Positions 26,002 through 37,106 of a stretch of 64,000 nucleotides of DNA are shown piece by piece (position 1 is the stretch's first letter; the number at the start of each line of letters is the position of its first letter). Source of the DNA: Marsupella aquatica (lineage: Eukaryota > Plantae > Marchantiophyta); contig OZ316899.1 of the NCBI GenBank assembly GCA_973895155.1, forward strand, positions 14,325,934 to 14,389,933, given 5' to 3'. The translations under genes and the position numbers were made by a program. A model generated the notes under the pieces. It did no database searches. It was not told the DNA's origin and saw only the letters and a program-made list of their open reading frames with translations.

Positions 26002-26682
26002 ATGGCACGCCCTAAAATCCGAGCCAAGAAGCGGGGGAAAGAGGTGAGCAACACAGGTGTAGTTGGGCCAGATGGTAGTAACTTCTCCACAAGTCAGATT
26101 TTCCAGAAGGCAGCTCATTGTTGTGCCATTTGTGACGATGGTGGTGGCTTAGCCATATGTGAGGGCCATTGCATGAGGCATTTCCACCTCAACCCGGAGT
26201 CTGACCTTGCTGCAGAAAACAACTGTCCAGGGGTGGGCCTCCCGTCAGCACACCAGGGAGGCTGGATGTGCACTGATTGTTTGGAGAAGCAGGCTAAGTG
26301 TGCACAGTGTGGGAAGTTGGGGTCTTATGAGGGCTCTGTTGATGCTCCACCACTTGTTAGGAAATGCCCTGACAGATATTGTGTGAGGTTCTTTTGTTTT
26401 TCATGTTTGCCCGATCTTGCCACAGCTTGCCCACTTCATAAGTGCAAGGCATGTGGTCAGCACGATGAAGATTTCTGGGTGGACATAGTCCACTGTGTTA
26501 GGTGTCCCACCATGTGGCACTTTCATTGTTTGAAGGAGCGTCAAGCAGAAGGCTATGCTTGTGACAGACACATCTATGATCACTCTGCACATGGTGTTGA
26601 TCGATGGATCTTCTATTGTCATCGCCATGCCATAGATCCTACTTTGCACACTCCCATGAGAGATCACATTTCTTGGCTTTGA
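26002..26682 (+). CDS. Stand-alone EDM2-like composite PHD-finger protein, 226 aa (CACTA cargo)
   Basis: CAICDDGG..CEG.CMRHFH...C..C..CGKLGS...CPLHKC..C...CVRCP..WH..CL...RWIFYCHRHAIDPTLHTPMRDH matches the EDM2 PHD region as recalled (CAICDNGG..CEG.CLRSFH...CPLHKC...RVLIYCQEHEIDEELLTPVRDH). Intact ORF with a basic N-terminus. Confidence 0.88.
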   Translation: MARPKIRAKKRGKEVSNTGVVGPDGSNFSTSQIFQKAAHCCAICDDGGGLAICEGHCMRHFHLNPESDLAAENNCPGVGLPSAHQGGWMCTDCLEKQAKCAQCGKLGSYEGSVDAPPLVRKCPDRYCVRFFCFSCLPDLATACPLHKCKACGQHDEDFWVDIVHCVRCPTMWHFHCLKERQAEGYACDRHIYDHSAHGVDRWIFYCHRHAIDPTLHTPMRDHISWL

Positions 26683-27280
26683 ACCTGAATAATATACATG
26701 CATAGTGCACCTGATGTGGATACCTTGGAGATTGCAGACATTCCAATTTTGAGAAGAAGGACCTCTGTAGGAGAGGATGCTTAGGCAACAAGTACCCTAA
26801 GTTCATTACTTGTTCCTGGGTACATGCCTTCAAAAACTGCCCTTAAGCCTTCTAGGAACTTTTTTAACTCTGCAATCATTTTGATCACGACTTACATGAC
26901 ACTGCTTAAATTAAATCAGGACTTCTCATTATGAGCATATAAGTTACAAGGCTATTTAATTTGCGAGAATTCCCTTAAAGTGTACCAACATTTTGTATTC
27001 TCATTGAATGTCTGCCCATTTACAACATCTGTATGTGGCATCACAAAACAATTGCACTTGTCACCTTCAATATTGTGAAGGCACATATTCAAACTATGAG
27101 GTGCATGCTTGCAGGTGTCTAGTACGTTTGTCCCAATATTTCTCCCGTTTGGAATCGGAGCAGAGACTCACCAGACGACTGGACTGGACCAAGTTATAAA
27201 CGCAGCATTTTAAGGGCCCTCCGATTATCAGGTGAACGCATTATCTTCCGGTCTGCAGTGATTAGGTGGCCCGTGTGTAC

Positions 27281-28129
27281 ATGGCCTCTAGAAAACGTAC
27301 AAAGGTTGACCACCCGCCTCTGTTGGCTGGAATCAAAGCCATTTTGATTCCTGGCCACTATGGGTTCACCCAAGTGAGTTGGCCAATCGTACAAAAACAA
27401 TTCTCAGAGTTCCATGGGACTGAAGTCAAGGACATCACTCCACAGACTACACATGTTGTTGCGGGGACATGGCTGGATGTGATGAACAAGTGGTCATGGT
27501 CCTTCATTGATTCTGCCATTACCAACCAAGGTCTAAAAGTAGTTGAAGTCTCTTGGCTGACCGATTCTGTTAAACATAGGTGTGTACAGAGTACTGAGCA
27601 ATATGAGTTGTGGGAGAGTGAGGAGGCCACTGCAGAGGCTTTGGCTGAAAAGGAAGCCTATGAAGCAGCGGCAGAGAAACCCAACTTTGCTTCTGTCCAA
27701 TATGGACCTGTTGTCAACATAGGACACCATCCTATGCGTGCAGATGCTATATTGAATGAGCATGGCAAGGAGAGAAATACCATTATGAAGGGGTTCAGTG
27801 TGGTATTTGCAGAAGAAGGAATTGGGGAGACTAAGTGCAGACTGTACAAGTCTATAGTTGTTGAGCTAGGTGGGACAGTGGAGGAGAGTCTAACAGAAAC
27901 CTCCACTCATGTTGTAGGTCTGTCATACATGAAAATATGCAGAAAATTCTTTAAGACAACAGTGCGTGATTTTGTCATGAACAACAATCTTTGGGTGCTT
28001 TCCCCTGATTGGCTTCTGGAATCAGCAGCTAGAGGGAAGCGACAGAATGCTTGGGACTTTGATATTTTTGAGGCCTGGCCCTCCAAGATTCAGCGGAGAT
28101 GTATGCTTAGCAAAGGTGGGAGAGAGTGA
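27281..28129 (+). CDS. Tandem-BRCT protein, 282 aa (CACTA cargo)
   Basis: Two repeats, each with a THVV motif and a WLxxS motif (TTHVVAG...VSWLTDSV; LGGTVEESLTETSTHVVG...PDWLLESA). Intact ORF. Confidence 0.82.
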   Translation: MASRKRTKVDHPPLLAGIKAILIPGHYGFTQVSWPIVQKQFSEFHGTEVKDITPQTTHVVAGTWLDVMNKWSWSFIDSAITNQGLKVVEVSWLTDSVKHRCVQSTEQYELWESEEATAEALAEKEAYEAAAEKPNFASVQYGPVVNIGHHPMRADAILNEHGKERNTIMKGFSVVFAEEGIGETKCRLYKSIVVELGGTVEESLTETSTHVVGLSYMKICRKFFKTTVRDFVMNNNLWVLSPDWLLESAARGKRQNAWDFDIFEAWPSKIQRRCMLSKGGRE

Positions 28130-28305
28130 GGAGTAGGAGTCCCTCATATTTTTGTATAAAACACAATTTTGTAATAAATGTGATCCTTGAACTAACTCAT
28201 CTTGTCATGGTTGGTCGCAGTTGAAGTGATTGTTGTTTCCTGCTGCGTGGGGTGTGACTATGAATCTACTTGCTGGGCTCTATTTGGCTGAAGACTTTGG
28301 TGGGT

Positions 28306-28839
28306 ATGCTGCCTCTTCCAGACCGTCAGGCCCTATGTAGGGTCCTCCTACGGGTTGCATCGTGCATGGCTACTGCTTGGGCTTACTTGTGTGGATTGGT
28401 AACCAGACAGAGTGTAGCTCCATCCGAGATAATGCCTGCAGACCTTGGATGTGTTGTGAATGCTGTGGTGAATGAGGATGCACAGTCGGAAGAGGACATT
28501 TACTTTTCAGCAGATGAGTTAGACAAGCACGATGCTGTAGGTGGTTCCTTGTTGCCTGATTTGGCAGATGATATAGTTCTTACACATGTCTGGCCGAGGG
28601 TTCTTGTGGTGTCTGGCGCACAAGATATCTGCAAATATAGACTAATTAGTACCCAGTGGAGGGACTTGGTAGCAACATGTGCACCATGGAGGGCACTACT
28701 GCCATTGCTTGTAGGCACGGATCGAAGACCACCATGGCATGAGCAGGGTTTAGACCTTGATGACTTAATGTACATGCCTGAGTACCTCAGGGCTGAGTGG
28801 CATCGACAACAGGATTGGTATCCGTATTTGATGTGGTAG
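28306..28839 (+). CDS. F-box-like small protein (CACTA cargo)
   Basis: SLLPDLADDIVLTHVWPRV...YRLISTQWRDLV fits the F-box pattern (LP.LP.D+..+.R+...R.VS+.WR.L+). Start codon uncertain. Confidence 0.62.
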   Translation: MLPLPDRQALCRVLLRVASCMATAWAYLCGLVTRQSVAPSEIMPADLGCVVNAVVNEDAQSEEDIYFSADELDKHDAVGGSLLPDLADDIVLTHVWPRVLVVSGAQDICKYRLISTQWRDLVATCAPWRALLPLLVGTDRRPPWHEQGLDLDDLMYMPEYLRAEWHRQQDWYPYLMW

Positions 28840-29166
28840 TAAGATGAGGACATCTCACACCGGTCTCGCACCTGGCACCTGTGTCTATGACTATACATGA
28901 TTGGACTCTGATATGGTCATGGATGTACGTGCAGAGGCAGTACATGTGAGGACAGCGGAGGAGTTGACACCCTCAAACATTTAGGAATTTTGTCTCATTC
29001 ACTTGAGAATAGGTACATGACTCAGGCACCTATATTTTTTGTTTTTTTGTTTTTTTGGAACGTTACGTATTTTGGCAAGTACAGTCGGGGGTGAAATCCT
29101 TAAACAGGAAGTGTATTTTTCACTTGCATAATAAAATGACAGGGTGCTGAGTGCGTGTGTATAGTG

Positions 29167-32100
29167 ATGGCTCCAAGGTTGCCTCTTCACAACCCATTTA
29201 GGATTAGGCATCATGATTCTAAATTGTGGATGCGTGAACAAGCCCGGGCCGCCCAAGGTAGGAGTAGGAGGATGAGATGCCCATGCACACAGTGCCAAGG
29301 ATTCAAGTCGTTGAGTTTGAACACTGTGCACCTTCACCTACTGCGGCATGAAAGGCACCCTCGGTGGAGGGTTTGGAATGTACCAGCAGAAGAAGACTCC
29401 TCTGATGAAGAGTGGAGAGCTGACTTTGTGGATTCTAATACAGCTAGGCGTAGAGACTACGTAGAGCAGGACATAGACTGTGCAGAGGATGGTCCTGGGG
29501 TCCAACATGAGAACGTGGATGACCAAGATGGAGATGCAGAGGCAATCACTGAGGACGGTGGGATGGATGTCCCAAGAATGGTTCAAGAGATTTTTGAAGA
29601 CCTTGATGCTTTTTACGACACAGTGGAATCAGAAGAGGACAATGAACCGCAGCCACACATTGGCGACGGCCAAGCTCAACCTGACTTTGACATTGGGGAA
29701 GGTGCAGCAGAGAGGGAGTGGGTGTTTGGGGGCCCAAAACACATCAAAGAAGCTTGCATTCCTATCTACGAGGGGTCGAACTGCTCCAAGCTGGGTTTTG
29801 TCGTGTTGTTGTTGAACATCTGTGGCAATCACAATGTTCCCAATATATTTGTGACAGAGTTGTTGACCTTCCTGCGCCGAAATGTGTTACTAGATGGTAA
29901 TTCAATTCCAAAAAATATGTACGAGGCTAGGAAATTGATGTCTAACCTTGGGCTGAACTATGTGTCTATTGACGCATGCCCTGATGGGTGTGTTCTCTTT
30001 CGCAAAGAGCATGCAGATAAATTGACATGCCCTCATTGTGGTAAGCACAGGTACAAGAATGTAGGGAAATGTACACACCCTGCCAAGGTTCTTCGTCATT
30101 TTCCTCTCATTCCTAGACTACAACGTCTGTTTAGATGCCCTGCCATTTCCAAGCTGATGACATGGACTCCTGATAACAAGAGCAGTGATGGCCTGCAGCG
30201 TCACATTGGAGATTCCAACCATTGGAAATTTGTTGATGAGAGGTGGCCACAGTTTGCTGCAGAGAAGCTGAACTTTCGATTTGGTCTATCACTGGATGGA
30301 GTAAACCCATTTGGAGACAAAAACAACCGTTATTCATGTTGGCCGGTTACGCTGCTAAATTACAACCTTCCCCCATGGATGACTACAAAGAGGTTTTTTG
30401 TCATGATGGTGCTGTTAATCCCTGGACCAGCTTCTGTGACCGAGCAATTCATAGATATCATGTTGGCTCCAGCAGTGGAAGAGTGGAAGACTTTGTGGAT
30501 AGAAGGGGTGTTAACCCATGATGTTCTGAAGGGGCTTCTTCGACCCAGCCCCTTTAGACTGCATGCAATTTGTTTGCTGGATATAGCAGATTACCCAGGC
30601 CATGGCATCATATCTGGACGAGTGACAAAGGGCTATGTGGGGTGCACACCATGTGGGAAAAATGTGACAAGTGAGTGGTCGCATGCCCTGCACAGTATGA
30701 AATTTCAGGGGCATAGAAGGTATCTGCCTGTTGATCATCCTTACAGGCACACACGGTCTCAAATTGCACACTTCAACAACAAAACAGAGCTTCGTGGCCC
30801 ACCACAGAGGGTCACCAGAGAGCAAGTCCTGAGGTGGGCAGCCAGGAAGGCTGATTGGGACAAGAGAAGTGCCACTGATCGAGAACCTGAGGATCCAGTG
30901 GTGAAACACGGTGTGAAAAGACAGACCTTGATGGACTTGGAGTTGGAGTACTGGAGGGTAATGTACTTAGCCTCCAGCCCCTGTATGATTGCAATTTTAG
31001 ATTGGAGCAATGGTGGATTGATGTTGGTTACAATCCTCCTATGTGGTTAATTAGTGTTTCTGTTGTTGAATTCTTTGCTTTGTGGAGTGCAGGAATTCGA
31101 GCCCAGCAAACACAATGTGGACGTCATGCACATTGAGAAAAATATTTGTGAGAGCTTGCTGAAGTTCTTGTCGGGTGAGAAAGATACAGGAGCAGTTCGA
31201 GCTGATATGCAACAGAAGGGGATTCGCCCTCACCTTTGGTTGAAGCCCCATGCAAGCAATCCCAATGTACTTCTCAAGTTCCAAGCTCCCTATGTGTGCA
31301 CACAGGATGAATGGAAGACATTCTTGTATAGATTGAGCTGTCTGAAAGTGCCCTCTGGCTATGCTGGTGCCTTCAAGAAGCATATTACAAAGAATAAACT
31401 TGGCAGTATGAAAACACATGACTACCATGTGTTGATGCAGCACATTCTGCCCCTATGCCTCAGAGGTCTCATGCAGAAACCAGTCCGTAATGTCATTCTT
31501 CGACTGTGCAATGTATTTCGCCGTATATGTGTGAAAGTGTGGGATCCCCAAGGATTGGAGCAGTTGAAGCAGGATGCTGCTTATGTCCTCTGTGACTTGG
31601 AGATATACTTCCCCCCTGCTTTCTTTGATGTTATGACTCATCTCCTAATCCATGTGGTAGAAGAGCTAGGGCAGTATGGGCCAGTCAGTACCAGATGGAT
31701 GTACCCTATGGAGCGATACATGAAGTTGTTGAAAGGTCATGTGAGAACATACTACAGGCCAGAGGCTTCCATGGCATTGGGGTACATTAAGGATGAGACG
31801 TTGGGATTCCTAACAGAGTACATGGCTGGGTCTGGTGAAGCTATGACAAGAGTTTGGAAATCTGGTGAAGATGATGGAGTGAGTGGCGAGGTTGTTGAAG
31901 GTGTGGGACGTGCTGTTCAGCTGCCTGTTGCGATTCGAGACAAGGCTCATTCATATGTGCTGGCAAACACAGAGCCTATGCAACCATGGTGGAGGTGAGT
32001 GATTGAATTGACTTGCCTTTGTTGTGATGCTTCTTGTCTGTTCCAAGGGTGATCTTAGGTTGTCATGTGTTGTTTAGACCTAACTATGCCTATACCTCAT

Positions 32101-32867
32101 AATGCAGGGAATATGATATGCAAAAAGCTGCACACTCTGGGCAGCAGGATCCCTTCCCACAGTTCGAGCAGTGGATTCGGGTGACAATTCGAGAGCATAG
32201 TAGACATCACCCAGATATGGAGAAGGATTTGTATCTTCTATCTGTGCCACCACGATTGTCTATTCTGACCTACAAACGGATGAGAGCTTATGGAAATCAT
32301 TATCGAGTGAGGGATGAGCAGGGTGACCATTGTGTATCATATGATTGTGGTTTGATTTCTGTGTTTGAGCAGAGAACCTCTGAAGAACAGAGGGGGTGGA
32401 TGAAGATGGGTTACGTGGGGGAGTTGACCGACATTTGGGTGTTGAATTATGGTAACACAAGTGTCCCAGTGATATTGATGAAGGGATCATGGGTGAAATC
32501 AGAGTGGCAGAGACCAAGGGCCACCATGAAGCGTGATCATGATGGGTTCTTGTTGGCCAATTTTAGGTCCAGAGTACCAGAATGGTCTGAGCCTTTTGTT
32601 TTCCCTAGCCAAGTTGAACAGGCTTTCTTTGCAGATGTGGAGGAGTCACATGGCTGGAGGGTGGTATGCCATAGCCAAGCACGGAACAGGCGGATGGATG
32701 GAAGTAAAGTAGAGTTCAGTTTGGATGACCATGCTGCATTCGAGCATCCTAGTCATGAGACTGTACTTCCAACTCGGGCAGGGACTGACTACATCCCCTT
32801 AACATTGAGAGAGACATATGATGAACCTGGGCAAATGGAATATGATGAGGTTGATGATTTGCAATAG
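29167..32867 (+). CDS. CACTA TnpD/Tnp2 transposase, about 1150 aa, intact; predicted exons 29167-30957, 31093-31994, 32108-32867
   Basis: Transposase-associated Zn motif RCPCTQC..HL. Tnp2 motifs IDACPDGCVLF, GLSLDGVNPF, YNLPPW, DYPG, DVMHIEKN, MKTHDYH, PPAFFDVMTHL, RWMYPMERY, EPFVFPSQV. GT-AG introns keep the frame. Confidence 0.95.
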
Positions 32868-33044
32868 GCAACAGCTGGCGATTGGCAAGTATGAGGTTGA
32901 GGATGACTACCTGCATAGAGTCACATAACGGGAATTGCTGCCTAGAATGATGTTTAGGATAGTTGGATATGCATGAAATTGATTGATACTTTGAATTTAG
33001 TGTGCTGATTCTCCCTGTTTGGTTGTGGGTGCTGTGCAGAAGCT

Positions 33045-36000
33045 ATGGGGGAAGAGGGTGATGACATGGAGACAGACATGGGGCTTGGAGAGTGGGGTGA
33101 AGAGGAAAGATTGGATATGGATGGAGACCCAGATGCAGGGGGCTCACAGAAAAATGCACCTGTGCAAGATGCACAGGGCCCTCATCAAGTCCCAGGTAGG
33201 TGGGCAGCTAGAGAGAAATCACATAATCCATACCCTAGAAGGAGCCAGAGTTATTGGCAAGGGACGCCTGATAATTATGATGATGACTATGATGGAGCAG
33301 AAGATGGATGGGATGAATATGAACACCCAGAGCGTGGTAGAGACGGGTACAGAGGGCAATGGAAAGGTGAGGAGGATGATTGGACAAGTAAGTGCCTTGT
33401 GCTAGTGATTTTGTGATGATAGTAGAGATTTAGCTCAATATGCACTTATCTGATGTGTAGCTAGGGCAAAGAGTTTATCTTACAGGTCCATGAGTGTGGC
33501 ATGTACCTGTTGGTATGCAGACTCTGATTGGGACAATCACGAAAACAACAAAGGCCATCCATGTTCAGATAGGAGGCAATCATTCACAGGCGGGAGAAAC
33601 GCCCCTAATTCATCAAGACAAAGCAATAGGACAGGTGGTCCAGAACCATCTATGCGCCAAGGGAGAGGTAACTTGGTCATTGCAGAATTGCTCTGAAGTC
33701 CACTGTATATTTGGCAGCGGGATTTATGATTCATACTTACCTAATGTAAGTGACTGTAAATGGATCCTGTAAATGTGCAGGGACTCCAGGGAGGTTTGGA
33801 CAATGCAATCCAGGCCGTGGGGGGAGATCAGGCCGTGGAGGGACCCCAGGCCGTGGGGGGACACCAGGCCGTGGAGGGACACCTAGTAGCGCTTCAGGGA
33901 GTACCAAGGCAGGAGACAGTAACAAATTTGGTAAAGTAGAAGTGAATTCCGAAGGTTGGATAACTCCCACATGTGATGGTAAGAACCGTTGGCATTCTGA
34001 CCTAAGAGGAGAAGTATTGCGTTGGTTAGATTTGAGCATTACAGAGTTTAGGAGTCAGAACAAAGCTGATTGGGCTGCTATCTGCAAGGACATTCTTGAA
34101 CGTTGGGAGTATGTTGGTAATGATGGTAAGGGCCCAGTTGAAGATTGCATATCAGATTATGCAATGAGGATTTTGAAACAAGAGAGGCATAGGTTGAAAA
34201 GGATGTGGATAGACAATGGTTCTAACAGGAGAATGCCACCACCCCCATCATTGGAACTGGATCAATGGACACGGTTAATCAAAGGGTTCATGTCGGAGGC
34301 TGGACAGAGCAAGAGTGAACTGATGTCAAATGCTCGAGGCAAAGTGAAACACCTTTCACAGGCTGGGAGAGGAAGTTATGCTCCAGTGAAAGAACAATTG
34401 GTAAGGCAGTGACATGCCTGATAGTAAGCCTCAAACTTATCATCTTGCTACCATTATTACATTTTCATTGACAATCAACACTTGGTTTCATTCATATGTA
34501 TGTTGATGTGGACTGCAGAAGAAATTGACAGGTGAAGAACCATCAGCACAAGAAGTGAGAGAGGAGTTCATGAAACAAAGGAGTGAGGTGACAAGTGTAA
34601 CTTCCAAACAGGTGATTATGTTGTAATTCTGTATGTTCTGTGACTATTTGGCCTTGAGCATCAGAAAGAAATGTAGTAGGAAGTAAGCAACCAGTTCTTG
34701 GGGACAGTTATCTGAGATATGTAAGCTGTGTTATGACAGGGAACTGTTACAACTCTCACAGAGATGTGTGAACGGTTGAAGTCATTAGAGTGTGGACTCC
34801 CTCGAGTGGAAAGTAAATTGGCTGATCGTTTGGATATTGTGGAGGCATCTGTAGCGAACCTTCTTGCATCAGTGGAATCTAATTTCAAGCTTGTGATTGA
34901 AAAATTGGGTGGTTCCCAACCAAACAATGAGGGCAACATTGTACAAAGTGTGCCCTTGTTAACAAAAAAGGGAATTGGCAAATCTGACACAGGTATGGAA
35001 ATGACACCGGCCCATTGTTCATTGTGTCCTATGTTCAAATGTTAGAAGTAAGTTTTCATGAATTGAGTGAATGGTTTGAATGCAGAAAGAGTGGAGGCAG
35101 AGAAGGACCCTGTAATCAGTAAGCAGAAGGGCAAGAAGGTTGCTGAGACAGGTAACCTGCTATGATCCAATACATTACATTTGAAAAGTGCATGGAGTTT
35201 TGTGAAGCTTAAGCCGGTTGGAGGTAATCTTTTCTGTAAGAACTGGTTGGATGAACTGGGATCTGAAGTGACATCATGATTGATGTATCAGGTGATTCAA
35301 AGAGCAATAATGAAGAAGATGTGCCCAGTGCCTCAGTGACCATAGCCAAGGAGGTATCAGGTAAGCTGATGCTTTAAATTCCTCTATATGAATGTTGAGC
35401 AACAATTCAGTGGTTAATAGATTCAACCTGAATATTGTGGTGTGTTTATTGATCAACAGAAGCAGACATGGAGCATATGGCAATGGCAAAGAAGGGGAAG
35501 AAGGCTGTTCATAATGGTAAGGAGATAGTGACAACTTTGTGGTTGGTGACATGTACATTTAGCACATGTGATGAGTGATTGACTTATGTTGGACATGACA
35601 CTGAATTGTAGTTGATGCAGAGTTGACAGACTCTCAACCAAGTGGGAGTAGGGTGAAGCGACGTCGAAACTTGGGAGCAACATTGGATGCAAGTAAGATT
35701 GTAGATGCTTCAATTGAAGCAAGTACAATGTTGGCAGATACTGAGATGATGTCGCAGGGAAATCCTGCTACACAATCAGAAGTGTCAAATATGGATGCAG
35801 ATTCTTTGAAGAAGAGTGTAGCCAATTCTCGATCACCAGCACAAAACACTCGTGCCAAAGTCATGACTCGCAACCAAGGTATGAATAATGTCATGTATAA
35901 GCCACCCAGGAAAGCCAAGAAAAACAGCCAGGGTAAGGTGGAGGTGATAGCCACAGCAGAGCCAGTCCATAATCTTCTATCATGAGAGGATGACTCGCAG

Positions 36001-36216
36001 GTATGTGTGGGTACAGGCATTTTGCGACCGGATCATGCAAAATTCCATGGCAAAGTGGTCCCGGATGACCATGTAGTAATGTTGTTGACTACAGTGATTG
36101 TATCTGATTGTAATTTGCCATTTCCGAATAGAGACGATGATCCACCTCAGGAAATAATTGCAGATGCAGTAGGATCTCTTGTGCTCTGGCCATCAGAGTG
36201 TGTTAGTCTGCAGTGA
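33045..36216 (+). CDS. CACTA TnpA-like multi-exon gene; one in-frame TGA at 35983-35985
   Basis: Transposase_24-like segment (RHRLKRMW...PPPSLELDQWTRLI...SNARGKVKHLSQAGRGSY) and a C-terminal FHGKVVPDDH...LPFPN...DAVGSLVLWP segment. Short GT-AG introns; exon structure only partly resolved. Confidence 0.75.
33809..33881 (+). repeat. 18-bp coding tandem repeat (PGRGGT x 4)
   Basis: ccaggccgtggggggac-like units. Confidence 0.85.
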
Positions 36217-36643
36217 CTGAATGCAAGTGTAGATAGCATCATGTGAATTGTGTCACATTTTGACATTGCCTTGGAAAGATCCAAGAAATATCTGTACCAA
36301 TTTTTCCATTTGGTAAAGAGGATGAAGGAGACGTTGTGTGTGACATTGATATTTCTGAATTCTGTATGTATGAAACAAGTGATTGATGTCAAATTATGGC
36401 TCTATGGTGATTGTCTATGATACTTGAATCTATTTTATCATTTCAGTATTAGTGTGTATGGTATAGAGGAATACTTTGTGACCTTCTTTGTAGTCTATGA
36501 AGTTTGAATCTGTGAATTCATATTAGTGTACATGGTATAGAAGATGGCTTTCTGAAACTATGTATTCTAATGTTAACATGATGAATGGTGAACTTATAGA
36601 GTGAGTTCATTCCAAGTACACAATAAAACATGAATGCAATATG

Positions 36644-36791
36644 TGTTGTAACCCGAGTTAACTCTAGCCTAACTAAGGTTAGACCTACCACAGTTGGTTA
36701 AGACTAACCGCCTAACTACCCTACCTGCCTAAGGGACTATATGTATTGGAAGAGGAATGAATAAAGGAGTTAGTTGTTGATGAGCTCAACA
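36644..36791 (+). repeat. 5' LTR (148 bp)
   Basis: tgttgtaacc...gctcaaca. Confidence 0.95.
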
Positions 36792-36805
36792 CGTTATCAG
36801 CACGA
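36792..36805 (+). promoter_or_regulatory. Primer-binding site CGTTATCAGCACGA (half-tRNA-Ile type)
   Basis: Directly follows the LTR. Complementary to the anticodon arm of plant tRNA-Ile (TCGTGCT[A/I]ATAACG). Confidence 0.8.
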
Positions 36806-37106
36806 TGTCTGCAACGAGAATTTTTTTTCAAACAAGCTTCAGAGGGACATTCATGCCAAGGCGATTGATTCAGCACCATAGAAACTAATTTTTCGGGCAG
36901 CAGATCGATCGGGAGTGGTATAATTTGACCACGATTCCACGGATTGGGATTTGAGGGGGCTGACAATAGAAGAAGCGGAGGCAGACCCAGGAATTCAACT
37001 TGAGAGACAACGACTCAAGAAGGGACATAGCCCCACATCATCACTCAGTCAAGTGCGAACGGATATATTGTTATTATCACAGGATCAATTGACCAATTGA
37101 TAGAAG

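Noticed and set aside
26002-26682. The host EDM2 gene itself
   Set aside because: It has only the PHD module in a single coding exon and lies inside CACTA TIRs.
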